A DNA stretch of 64,000 nucleotides, from contig CATNEN010000030.1 of NCBI GenBank assembly GCA_950097015.1, forward strand, positions 4,650,001 through 4,714,000, written 5' to 3'. The notes under the pieces were generated by a model. That model searched no databases. It was given only the letters and a program-made list of their open reading frames with translations, and was not told the origin of the DNA. The translations under genes were made by a program, and so were the position numbers. Shown here piece by piece: positions 38,801-51,956 of this stretch (its first letter is position 1; each line of letters begins with the position of its first letter). The DNA is from Macrostomum hystrix. Lineage: Eukaryota; Animalia; Platyhelminthes.

Positions 38801-39443
38801 TGATGATCTGTCTCGGCTGCGTCAAGCATTTTGCCAGGCCCACGGATTTCAACATGTTGCCACTTTTGCTGCTCTGCACAAAGCTGGGCTGCTCACTCCG
38901 CGTGACAGCGTTGGCCACGTTGCCTCCCTCACTGGTTGCCGTCAGTTCTCTGCCTCATCTGTGCCAGCATCTTCGCCAACTGTGCCACCTGCTTCCGTAG
39001 CATCCGTTGACTACCCGGCACTGCGTAAGCGGCTGCAACTGGTCGAACGAGATCCAGCAAAGGCAGAGCGTGACCCGACCCGGCTATCCTACGCGCTGAG
39101 TGGCCTGTGTGAGCCCCTGTCTGGAAAGCTCATTCAGCTCGCTTTGGAGTCGGGCAGAACCAGCGGTCATCAAGCACAGCCAAGTCTCAAGGATTTGCCA
39201 TTCTACAAGGAGTGCAGACTTGCGCAGAATCGCTACGCTGTTAGTCAGTCGGCCCTGGTAGTGATGCTTGGTGGTTGCACCTACTCGGAGGTGGCCTCAG
39301 TGCGCCAGATTGCCAGCAAGTACAATATCCGAGTTCAACTACTCACTACCGGCATTGTGGGCTGCTGCGATCTCCTTACCCAGGTGTCTCCTGCTCTGGC
39401 CGCCACAGTCGAGCCTTTAGGTCATTTGGCAAACCGAGTCTGA
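35838..39443 (+). CDS. VPS33B: VPS33B-like Sec1/Munc18 family protein, four exons
   Basis: Exons 35838-35988, 36967-37516, 38120-38371, 38442-39443 in matching phases. LVIDPSLMKPLDRV (B-type LMxPLDR), LPLLLFPLDEDLLSMEL, IISREVDLITPLC, MRSFVQNDL, HISLCEEV, MLGGCTYSEVASVR. No in-frame ATG upstream of the first acceptor. Confidence 0.9.
36530..36690. repeat. AT-rich (TATAA/ATAT) microsatellite in VPS33B intron 1
   Basis: Degenerate ATATAAT runs. Confidence 0.85.
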
Positions 39444-42400
39444 CCTTCACGACCACCCTTTGCTACATGCGATGAATACATTATATCTGGCTGAGGCTTC
39501 TAGATTACATGTGTTACTGTCGGAGTTTGCGCATGTAATCGTATTCCTGTGTTGTCAATAAAAAAGACGTTGGACATTTAATATATCTGATTTAAATGAA
39601 CAGAGCGATGTACCAACCTACCGCTCTGCCGCTCTAGCTATTGCTGTTTTGTGTCTTTAATGTAACTATTTTTCATGAGCAACTTAGAAGACTCGAAATG
39701 TCTCCTTTTCTCACATTTGATCGACTTCCCACGATAAGTACTAAATATGCTAACCCCCGTCACGCTTTATTTGAAGTCGAAATCGCCCTCTATAAAACTT
39801 TGTATTTTCAGCTTATCTAGACTGCCTGCTAGAACGTTTTTTTCATATGATGTTTTGCCAAATGGATTGTTCTCGATAATGATTTAATGTGTGAATAACC
39901 TAGCCTGTGGAATTCGCTATGCAATATAAATTGCTAAATTTCATGTTATACAGATTTAAATTTCATTTCATATTTTCATTTGCAAACGAGTTTTATATTT
40001 TTAAGTCCTCTTTCTTTTGAGCTGATTCAATAACAGTAACTTAGGTACGAGCGCATGTAGATTTTTGTGACTGTGAAAACACGTCTTTCAACATAAAAAA
40101 TATTCATATTAACCACACCAGGAGCTCAGCCAAGGAACCATTCAGTTAGTATCTTTTATTTATGTGGATCGAAACTAGGAAATAAATTGCAGAAACACCT
40201 TTGCGATCCTAAACTACGCGTTAGTAAGTCCCTTTAAAGAAAAAGCAAAAGCTAAAAGCACTTTACCTGGGTCAAGCGATGCTGGACAGCGATGAATTTT
40301 GGATATCCATCGCGGAAAGTGATGCTGGGCAACCATCCTCTGCAATGTGTCCACCCCTTGCCTCGTCTGGAACAGCAGCGCCAGTTAGCAAGCGGACAAG
40401 TAGCTATTGTCCGCACTTGGCCCTCACTGCGAGGGCGCCGCAACGTCAGCAGCGGTTTCAGACAATAGGACTCGATCTGTTAAATCACGTTCCCGGGCAG
40501 TCCATTCCTCACTTGCGCAGCTGGTCGGAGGGCGTTATTAGCTGCGCCCTGACATAGAGTTCTCTGTTGGTGTCGCCACCTGTCCGCTGCGGACACACAG
40601 AGCTGCACCTAGGATGTCTGAGTGGGCAGGGTTAGGCACGGAGCTGAATGCGGCTCAGGCCTGGCCTGTCCGGGTCGTCTGAATTATATTAGTTTGCCTG
40701 GTAATCAATGGAGGTGCTAGAGGTAACTAAATGTCGAAATCCAAAAAGGTAGCTAAAAGAGTTGCCGAACGATACAAAACTCGCTTTCGTGTGCTGAATC
40801 AAATGCTTAAGTCAAAGTGCAAAAGCGGTTAAACTTATATTTTCAGAACTTTTTCAGAACTACCCTCGAATAAAGGACTTTAACTGAAGATTTTAAACAA
40901 AATAATAAATAGATGAGGTTTCCCGTCTGTTTAGTGGCTACAAGTGTCAGTCTATATTTTTGGGAAGTTTCATCGTTCGCGTGATCAAATGATAAAAAAA
41001 TTGCTATTTTGCGGCAACCTTTGTAACTGTCAGCTTGAATCATAAGCTCTCCACTCAAGATCTAGCTGCCAGTGCAGACAACCTCTTTTGATAGGCCTCG
41101 ATTTTAGCTTTTTAATTCTCTTTCATTACCCTATTTCTCGGTCCTTAAATGGATCTGAGTCGTGCTTTGCAAGCCCTTGAGGATTAGGAAAGATACACTT
41201 GACTATGCTTCTCGCCTTCCGGTTTCCTGTCCTCCAGCTGAACAGAAATCTTTTTCTTTCAGCCACGAGCACAATTAGCTCGTATTAGCAGAGATTGTTT
41301 ATAAGTAAAAAAACTCTCCTAGCCAGAAGCAAATAGCACAAAAATGCAAATTAAGCAGTATATGAAAGAATACATTTTAAATAGTTCAAGTGTTGAGTTA
41401 GTTTAGCCGTAACATGATATGTCATTGCAAAACGCAGTAAAACGAGATTAAAACCAGGCAGGGCCTAGAATTGTAATTTTAATTGATAGAATTAAGTTAC
41501 TGAGAAGCGAAGGATCCGTCGCAACTTTTTGGGAACAGCTTTGGTACTATAACGAAGCAAAAAGGTTTGCACCTGCAGGCGATAGAGTCAGCGATCATGG
41601 TAAGTTAAAATATTAAAATAATTAAGTAATGAATAAGTAAAAACGCTCGAGCAACTTGAAGGTCCACCAGGCATCAGCTTGACCTTGAACTCACCAGCCG
41701 GCTGTCAGCCGCTCAACTGCAGTTACTGACACATCTGCAAGCTGCCCGGCTGCGGCAAGCCGCAACCCGCTCTCCATCATCGGCAGACCAGCGATGCGAA
41801 GAAGTGAGCAAAAACGATATTTATTTTGTAGCCACCCTACTTTAACCCCTCGCCGCCCTTTTCTTTTATCCAACCTCCCAGCGCCCCCGCTGCTTCCCCC
41901 GCCCCCGTTCCCGCTCCCTTTGCCGCACCGCGCCCTGTCTTAATTCAGACATCTGCTGTTGCGCAATGACTCAGGCGAGAGATTTATTTACGACGGTCTT
42001 CACAACCGATTTTGCCTCATCAACACGACTCCGCCAGCCTTCACGCAGTCTGCTAACTACCGCTTCGCTTCTGATAACGCCAAGCAGGCGGAAAAGCAAC
42101 TTTCAGAGGAGCTCCGCCTGCAGTTCGCCACGGGTCATCTCATGGTGAACCATTTATAATCCTTGCTGCCGCTCAGTCGGTAATGTGATTTAAATGTCTG
42201 GGTTTTGTTCGTGTGTGCGTGCGTGCGTGCGCCGGTCTGTCTGTTTGGGGTGCGATAGGGTTGGTGTGCGTGACATTGCTTTGTTTGGCTGGTGTTATTT
42301 AGCAAGTGTGCTCAGCTCCGTGGCTGGGTGTCTGTCTATTAAAAAATCTGCCAGAATTTGTATCAAATCGCTTGATCCAAATTGATCAAAACAAGATCAA

Positions 42401-44572
42401 ATGCAATAATATTTGCAATGCAAAAATCCATCCAATCATGATGAGGCACTTTTCTTTTTTATGCTTGACTCGCAAAAAACTTATCCTTTTCTGAATCAAT
42501 ATTTTAACTAAATAAATAAGCATTTCCATAAACATTGTCATAATATTGAAAATTTTACACTATTGCTTCATTAGACTAACGATTTTATCTTGCTCTTTCT
42601 GTGAGCCTTACTGGAGGTTTAACATGAAAGGGCCAAGTATTGCTGCACCAAATGCAGCGCCAATCAACCTCTCAGTCTGCCGTTTAGTAGGCCTGCTTCC
42701 AATTGCTGACTGTCAGTGATTACAAGGAAGAGGGAGAGCAATCAGCGCTTCCATTCTTTCCGCCTTAGACTTTTGCCGTCTCGGTGTGTCCCTGGGCGCT
42801 CCTATTTAGCCTCGTGCTTTTCAAAGTGCAGACTTCCATTCCATAAAACTGCAGGTCTATGGTTTGCACATTCTAAGTCGGCAGTCTAAGGGACTTCAGA
42901 CCAAGGACCTCTAGAAGAAGAAGCACTTTGTTTCTTGGAAAATCTTATTAAAGACTGATTTTCACGGAAAAATACACAAGCGAGAGGAAGTTTTCACGTT
43001 TTTCACATTTAAATGTTGATTAATTTTTATTGGAAGCAAATACATTGCTGTTCTTTTAATATATTCTTGCAAAACATGTTTCTTTAACGAAGTTTAGAAA
43101 GCATCATTCATGAATATAATTTGATCTTCATTTTATTTTCGTTTATTTATCATGAATCACAGTAGCAACCAATCAGACATAAAATTAGCCCATAGCTTGG
43201 CCTACTGATTTGTTAATGAAGAATTCTACATAATTCTCTTTATTGACTTATAATTGATTAGAAAGTGCCTGTAAAATAGTTCCTATAGTTCCTATCCCGC
43301 TAGTGTATTTTTTCGTGAAAATTTGCCTTCAATAAATTTTCCAAGAAACGAAGTGTCCCGTCCTTCTTCTAGTGGTCCTTGCTTCAGCTTTGCGGTGCCA
43401 ATCTCTTGCTACTTTAGAATTCCCTATTTAATCTAAATTAATACATTACACGTGCCTCTAAGGAAGTATTCTATTGCAAAGTGGACTGTACTTCACACAA
43501 CCAGCCGCAGTGGTTGTCTTATGCTTTTCGTATTGTTAACTGCCATAAATTTATCTTCTTGACTTTCTAACTTTCTAACCCATGTGGCCTATCTTTACTG
43601 CATCAATGGTGAATACTTTTATGTCCATATTGCCTTTAGAAAAAGTGAAGCCATAAAGCGTTCACAGCAAATAAGACTATCAGGCACTATAGCCTAACCT
43701 ACTGCAACTTTTTATAGTTACGCTCGTATGTCGATTGGAGGTTGCTAGGATGCATCCATTGCACGATTCTTTAAGCTTGAAGTACCGGGCGAAAAAGTGA
43801 ACACAAGCATTCACGTATTTATCAAAGCGAGCGCCAAGCCTCATATGCTTGCTAAGCTAAGATTAGATTCCGTGAAGCCAAGGAAAATGAAATGATCGGG
43901 CTCCTCTTTAATGTAAAATAAGGTGAAAGTGAAAGTAGGTAAAATAGTTATTAGCCTGCTATGTCGATAGAAGCTGTATTGTTGCTTTATCGGCATCAAA
44001 ACATTGGTTTACCGAAATCCCTGCAACCTTCTTGAAACCCAGGATCCCCCGAATCCCTGAGGATTCAAGGTTCAGGGGTTCAATCAGCTTCAAACCCGTG
44101 CTCCAAGCGAGGAGATGGTTCTCTTTTGGCTCAAAGGATCACTGGCAAGACGGCTTCACAGGGAGCCGCTGTGTCAATTTATACTCGAGGTTCATATCAA
44201 GTAGGATCAATGAAGGAATTGACACCTGGAAGAAAGAAAATGGGGTTTTCTATATTCGCATCGTCAAATGTGGCTGCACATTAAAGCTTCAGCTAATTTC
44301 AGCTAATTCCTCCATCTCTATCAGCGCGGGCTTTGCTTCAGTTGCGTATTCAAGTATATGAAATTCTGCTCACCCAGTTTTCTGACTATACTTTATAGAG
44401 TTTTTAGATCCATACTTTGCCGGCTTATTTGATTGGACAGGAGCATATAGCCAGTAGACTTTCCCAACAAAAGTCTTAAAGCGGATGAGGGACTGGCAAG
44501 CAGAGGTCGCGGCTGCTGAATCATCGAGGCAACAATTTCCTGTTTCTTGGCTCAATTCAATCTAGAGGTTGC

Positions 44573-47500
44573 ATGGAAGGCCCTATTTTCAATGGCACTG
44601 GCGATGGAGTTAATGCCACCGGCAACGGTACTACTGACGAGTGTGCGAATCGTCTCCGACTCTTCACAGATAGCGAGCGGCGCTTCATCCTTGTCACAGA
44701 TGTAGGCCTTTCTTCAGCTATATGCCTACTGGGTCTGCTTCTGAATTCTCTGTCAATCGTTGTACTTAAACGCGACGTACGGCGATCATCAATGAGCGTC
44801 TTACTACTTGCTCTTGCTATCTGTGAGTGTGCCGATCGCTTTGCATCATTTTTTATATTAACAGAATTCTGCATTTTTTTGGTTTTGAATACTCATGCTT
44901 TGAGTAGAACGAGAAAGCATGTGTTCTGGAAGACAAGCGCTTTAATTTTTACCTTTTTACGAATTCTTTATATCATGTATACGAAATTACTAACCGAAAG
45001 CTGAGTAAATAGTGCATTTATTTCGCAGCAACTCACAATCGACTTACGAATATTACTGTCGGAAAAAAAACGGACTGAAAACAGATTCGTCCGCAAACTG
45101 ACTGAGTGAGGACTGACTGAGGGACTACTGTGGACTGAAATCGGACCCACAGAAACAAGTTAATGAAGCAAATTTTAAGAAGTAACCAGGATTTACCCAA
45201 AAGCCGACGTGGATCTAAAAGAGCCCAGCACGATCTGAAAGAGATTCGAACGAAGCAGATTTTTCCATGGGGCAGCTATATTATCGGCCTTTATGAGCAC
45301 ATAAGAACATCTGATGTATCATTATATCAGAAGCATCACTGCATCGCTGTGTACACTCAGCAAAATTGCGCGGCGCGGATGCAAAAAATTATCCAGATTT
45401 AGAGTTTGTTAGCGCTGAATATAAATTGATATTACTTTAATATTATTTTACTTTCTTTTTTTATTCACCGCTTCTTTTTTAGCCAAACACAAATTTATTT
45501 GCAAAACTTCTTTTGCCATTTCTTCATTACTCTTGTCTACGACATTCATTGGTCTTGAGATTTTGAAGTGCTCACACAGAACAACACAGTTTGATCAAAT
45601 TGTGCACATATATAGACTTGAATGGTGGACTGCAGTTCTTGTAATCCCTCAGTTCTTCAGTCCACAGCGGTCTTATTCATCTTTCTACCCGAAATCGAGT
45701 TCTCGTTCAAATCCCATAGCGGCCCTCTCATGGGAAGTGGGAGCACTCTGTCATTGCACGCGGTCCCGGAGTAGAGAGCTGAATTGTATCCGAATTTGGG
45801 AGAAGTTGAAGAGATTGGAAAGACCAGGAGCAAAGGCAAACAGTCAAAAAATGAAGTCTCTTTTTCGCTTTGCCGCTCCTTGATTGAGTACGCCGCCTAT
45901 GCATTAACTTATGGCCATCGGTTGGATTACGACTGCATAGTGGTAGGCTTCCAACTGAATTTTCTCCCGCTTCGCCAGCCTACTTTTTCTTTCTCTACAC
46001 TTGACTGCTCATCCCGTGGGACATATTTTATCGAATTTTATCGGACAGAGCTAATCATTTCTAGACTAGTGAGTGGAGCCAATAAGTCTTAGCTTATAAG
46101 CTAGCTGTTGGTTAACATAATAATAATTGTTAATTATTAATTATAATTTAATTGATTACACCTGCCCCAATTGGGTCAGATGTGCAGCCGACAGCACAGC
46201 CGCAGCTAATGCGCGGCGCATCTGAAGGCTGCGTACAGCTGTTCAGTCCATGGACTGGGGGGACGCCGCACCCACCTTCAATTATCCCAGCTGATGCTGG
46301 TACCCATTTAACAGCTGGGTGAACTGAAGCAATGGAGAGTTAAGTGTCTTGCTAAAGGACACAAATTGTTCAGGGGAGTCGGGAATCGAACCCCCGACCT
46401 TCAAGTCGTGAGTCCGACGCCCTAACCACTAGGCTACAACCTCTACCAATGTTGGTTAACATTGGCTTCAATTTTCCCGCATTTCAGTTAATATCTTAAA
46501 AAATTGTCGGCAGTTTATTTATTACCAGTTGTCGAAATATGACAATATCGGATCGTGGATTACATTCAATAATCTCACTGTTTCATATGAAAAATACTCG
46601 TACGATTTACAAAACATTTACGAATTCGGAGTTGCCCGAGGTGAATTTCGAGGCTGGTGTCAATTGCAAATCAGAGAATTACTTCTGCCGTCGCATCGAT
46701 TTCTAATATTCTGGCGGTGTTAGGAGGAGCAGAATTTTTAGTACACAAGTCAATTGAGAACAATTTTTTGTGTGGCGCAGGCCAACTGAAATCACTAAGT
46801 CAAGTTTCAAAGAGGGTATTTTTGTGCCCATGTTAAGTCGTGGCACTGGCACGACAGTAAGTTGAGCGCAATGATGAAAATCATACGACTATAATGTATA
46901 CACTATTCAACGGAAATCACTTTCTTTGTGAGCGGGATTCCACCTGGGTTAGAGGCAGAATCTAAAGTTTTACTTCGATATTCTTCTGACTGATATATTC
47001 CAGAGGGTCCATCTCCGTTTCTACTAGCTCCATTCCTTACAGCGATTTTTTGCGTTAGTATGGGAATGCAAAAGAGAAGCGTGCAGGCGCAGTGAAATTT
47101 AGGATGCTGGCCGTGGCTTCTGCATAGGCTTCCCCAATTTCCCGAATTTTACTGTCTGCAGCAAGCGCGTGTGCAAGAGTGTCAAGCAGAGACCCTCGCG
47201 CCACTGTCAATCACAAAAGCGCTTCAAGAAATATGCCTTAATAATAATTTGCCAGATACTACTAGTTACCAAACAAACCCTTATTATAGGCATTGTATTA
47301 GTTTGTGCACATATCTGAATATTATATTTTGTGTATATGCGCTTTGAGTACCATTAGACTTGTGCTGCCAGATTTTACAGAACTACCTGTAATTCCGAAA
47401 CTCTGGCTTCCACTCATTTTTAAAATTTAAAGTATATTTTAAAGCACTCTCATTGATCCGATATTTATTCACAAACAACTGCCCATTAAAAAAGTAAATT

Positions 47501-49951
47501 TTATCTCCAACAAAGTAAACTAAAAATCTGAGCAGGTAGAAGTGTTGCGCTCGTTTACCAGGGACTTCTTTACGCAATTACTAGACAGGAAGTTTTTACC
47601 CGCCGCAAAATGACTCCAGATTTCGAGCAATAGAATGCTTGCAGTGAAGTAAAAACTATGGTTTAAAGCGAAACAGAGCAAATATTTCATCGTGAACCAA
47701 TAACGTTGTAATCCAATCAAGCACCACAAAACTTTTAATTCATGCATATTTTGTAAATGTCGATTAATTTCGATTTAAATACTAACGTGTATTTATTATT
47801 ATTATATATATAATTATATATAATAATATAATTATATATTATTATATTATTAATAATATTATATATATTATTATATGTTATAATATATTATTATATATTA
47901 TTGCTGCCATATACGATTGGTCTTAACAGACACGAAAGTAGTAATTGTCAATGAGGTATATTCAATGTGCACTACAGCATTTGTTCTTCCAAATTTAAAT
48001 TAAACAAGCCAAAACGGTTTTTTACTAAAATAAGCACAATTAAATACTACAGGACGCGTAATATTCAAGCGAAAAGAAACATGGAAGCAAGAATATAGCA
48101 AATTCTCAGCAAATTCTCAGAACTTAGCAAATATATTAAAAGGAAACTCGATGCAATTGTGCATGTATACTACCGATACCAGAAAGCTTCGTCGGATTCT
48201 TTCTTCAGTCAAGAATATGGTATGGATGCATAGAAGGCCGTGAAAGATAATATCTAAGTTAAATCCAGCAGGTCGATTTTTGCGTCGATATCTGTGTAAG
48301 CAACTCCTCAACCGTATCAAGTAAGCAGTCCATTAACCAGGACGGTTAATGCCGTCCTGGAGACGTACAATATCCGTAAAGGTGAGCCAAAAATGTTTCT
48401 GAATACGTGCCGCAGACCGGCAGTCGAGGCCTTGACAAGTGGCAAAAATCGTAGTTACCTTGCATACATAACATGCATATCCAATTTTGCTGCTAAATGA
48501 TGAAACTTGGTTATTATTCTCGAATTCGAATTCGTATTCCCATTCGTGTTCGAACCTACTAAAAGGTTAGTTAGTAAATTAAACATAGTTACATAGTACT
48601 CTTTTGCAACACCAGGCCCAAACCGAAGAAATCCACAGAAGCGGCAGAAATCTGGGAGGAAATGAGGGAGGAAAAAGCTGAAAAGCACTACCTTTTCAAG
48701 TAAATCGATTGTGCTTCCCGGCCTCTCCTAAGCCAAAAACCGCCTCATCTTGCGTTAAAAAATGACTAATTAAAATTTTTCTTTCCAGTCCATGAGATTT
48801 CATAGCTCTTCTCACTCCTTAACATTTCAGTCGACCTAACTTTCATCTTTTTGTCGGCGCCCTACTTCGTAGTGTACATGGGCTTGGGCTCCATCATCCG
48901 GGACTCGCAAGGCCTCACTCTGCAGACGTGGCTACACGCCAGCCCTGGTACCCAGCTTCTGCTGCCAGTTGTGTGGTATCTGGGCAATGTGGCTCGAACT
49001 GGACGCAACTGGATTGTGTTGCTTGTAGCTCTCGATCGCTACATGGTGGTGCAGAATCCATTCCTGTCCACGCAGCGCAGCAATCCGCAGCGGTCAAGGC
49101 TCTATTGCCTCTGTGTAACGGTGGCTGCCATGCTGTACAACATGCCATTATTCCTGGAATACCGAACAGATAAATCTCGATGCCTGAACATCAGCCTGAT
49201 GCTTGCCCGACCAAAGAGTTTAGGCAACGTGTACATGCTCGTGTACAAAAAGCTACTGTACATCTTACTTCTCACGGTCGGACCCATGCTATGCCTCACA
49301 GCGCTAAATATTCTGCTGATCCGGAGTCTCTTAATTGCCTCACGGATTCGGGCTGCCATCACCAGAGAAACCACGCGGCGTACCGAGGAGACCAAAATGC
49401 TAGTGATCATTATAGCTATGTTCGTGCTTACTGAGATACCTGGCACCATATGGCACATGCTTCTCGGAACAAAGTTTGACCGGAGCGCATGGTTTAACTC
49501 CTACCTGTATTCAGTCGGTTCTCTGTTGACATTATTTAATTCAGCGGTTAACTTCTTCATCTATTGCGTATGGAGCCGAAACTTCCGTCGCAACATGCTC
49601 TATGCAGTGCGCAGGCGTAAGAAGCCACCGGCTCGGGTCATCCGCTTCGACTCCGACTCAGATCGCACACGACAACTTATGCTTCAGCAACAACAGCAAT
49701 TGCTGGGCATAAGGCAGCTACCTGGAGTGCGACATGTCAGTAATCAACGACAGCACCAGCAGCATCAGCATCAGCAGCAGCACCAGCAGCAGCCAGAGTG
49801 TTTGCCGATGCAGGTGCTTCGGGCTTCGTCATCCCATAGTGGCAGCGGTGGAAAATGCGCTTCTAAAGGCGCCGGCATCAGTGTTGGAGGTAGCAGCGAG
49901 CGAATTCATTCCTACCAACAGCAGACCCAGAAGCATATTCGATTTGTTTGA
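44573..49951 (+). CDS. Rhodopsin-class peptide GPCR, FMRFamide/myosuppressin/sex-peptide-receptor-like, two exons
   Basis: Exons 44573-44822 and 48831-49951 join to ALAIFDLTF. N-terminal N-glycosylation sequons, GLLLNSLS (TM1), ALDRY, YNMPLFLEY, TEIPG, NSAVNFFIYC; Gln/His-rich C-tail. Confidence 0.9.
46119..46449 (-). mobile_element. tRNA-headed SINE (family A), copy 2
   Basis: Intact A/B boxes (TAGCCTAGTGG; GGTTCGATTCC), (ATT)n-like tail, 13-bp TSD TGTTGGTTAACAT (46106-46118 / 46450-46462). Confidence 0.9.
47790..47900. repeat. AT-rich (ATT/ATA) microsatellite
   Basis: TATTATATATAAT-type degenerate repeats in the GPCR intron. Confidence 0.85.
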
Positions 49952-51956
49952 CCCTGTCTAGTAGTTTGAATGCTGAATATTCTTGCTATTATTGACTTTT
50001 GGAGTTAAGACTTTTAGCTGCTTTACCAAAATTAAGTTCGCGTATTGAGAACAAAAAATATGAAAGGTATAAAAAATATGCTAAATATATTTGCGAGCAA
50101 TACTTATTGTTAGGCGTTCTTATCGTGAGGAGTATGGAAATATGGAAGTTAATAAGGAAATCTGAGCATTCAAATAGTCTGGGACCCAAATTATAGCCGT
50201 AATTACTTCTATATCTAGAACAATTCACTTTTCAGAAGCGTTTTCTGAAATCAACTTACGGGCACTTACGAGCACCTGATAAGTTCAATCTGATTGAAAG
50301 AACAGCAAAATGGGGAAGATGTTCTTAAAAGTTTAGGAGACTTATTTTTCTACTCCTGCTTTCGCACAGTTTTGTAGTCGAAATCTATGCGCTGCTATTT
50401 TGGAAAACATTTGAAAAGTGCTTTCAAAGAACTTACTCGTAGTTCTATGAAAAAATGCTCTTTTAGTTCTGAATGCCGATCATACCTGGCTTATGAACAG
50501 CGCATAATGTACTAAACTTTTAGTCCAACTTCTTTGGTTCACATCCATCCCACATTGAACATTAGGTCTTCCGGGCACGCAGTGGGTATTCATTTTCGTG
50601 CCCCCTTTTGTGCGGCTGTAGTCAGAGCTCCTGATACAACGGATAACGAGATTCACCTAAGCGCTCCGAAATACATCGGAAGACTTTGCGGTCTGTCAGC
50701 ATCGTTTCTGGATGGCCCTTCCATTCTAACTTGAGGTGAAGAATGAAGGGAAATACTTGCGTGACTGAGGACCATGTAACTAATTGCCACTGAGTGTCTA
50801 AACAGAATGGAGCTGCCCGGATAGATTTTGGCAACTGCCGAAGTATTTTCAACTGCCGTTGACTTCTTGTGCCTCAAACTTTGTATCTTGCATCAGATTA
50901 ACTTATTTCGGAGGTATGAAAGCACATTTTCTCCTAAATTAAAAACAAAAGAAAACTCCTAATGTTCTAGTATAATGATCACTATATTCCGTAGGCAAGA
51001 AATTTTATTCGCTAAATTTTTCCGAAAGACGAATTTGTTCGGTAACCCTACAGATCAAAGTTCGGTACTTGTGTGGCTGGTTTGTGTTTAAGAGTGCGCT
51101 AGTGTATGATTTGGAAATCTTACTCTCGATTTAATAAGTAGATACATCTAGATGCATAACTCCAAGCATCAAGTATTATTTATCTAAATTTAAATAAAAG
51201 CTTGATAAGTGGTCCTTTTAAACCTATACCTTACTTCTCACGCTCTTTAAGTCCACTTTGCATCAATTTTGTTGATCTTTAGACTTTCAGTTCGTCTAAA
51301 GCTTCCATTCAGACGGACTGACGAGCTTTAATTATTAATTGACTTATTTTATGGCTGCAGTAAGCTCAGAAACCTGTGTAGCGGAGATTAAACTATGCTC
51401 TTCAGCAGAAACATTGCATATATGTACAAGCTCGTAGTCATACCTATTTCATCTTCACCTTTGTATTCGTCTTAAGCTTCTTGCATTTTTCGAATGAATA
51501 ATAAAGTAGCATATCAACAGCTCGTAAAGTCTTGAATATTTAGCACTGCATGCAACGAGGCACTAGTTATCACGACGTAATTTCCGCTCATCACAATATA
51601 ATTGAACTTACACTGACTAATCTTTTATAGCCATAGACACCCCAAAGTTTTCACGTTTTAGAAGTTCTTGGTTTTAGGATCTGCATTTCGTACAAGCAAA
51701 AACCTGAAAATATATGTATAATATGTAAAATAATCCCCATTTATTTTGTTGTCTAGCGGGCAAAAGCACGAGGTGTCTCGTTTATTGACCGAGGCTGAAA
51801 AGCTTAAAAACATAGACAACTGCCCGGAGCAAGTGGGGATACATACCATGAGCGTACGTACGCAATGTGTCGGAAATTTTCTGGCAGATAGATAAAAAAT
51901 TAATCGCGCTTAACGCAGGCTGTCCCTTCTGGTAAAGAATTAAAACTTGCTCGACA

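Noticed and set aside
44032-44361. 109-aa ORF as an upstream GPCR exon
   Set aside because: No matching splice signals; the GPCR has its own ATG and N-terminal sequons at 44573.
46370-46445. tRNA gene
   Set aside because: Anticodon and acceptor stems do not pair properly; continues into a SINE body with tail and TSD. The same applies to the heads at 23410-23488, 53510-53580, 875-950 and 58580-58651.
50534-50877. GC-richer patch with overlapping ORFs as a retroelement or gene
   Set aside because: No RT, integrase or transposase motif identified.
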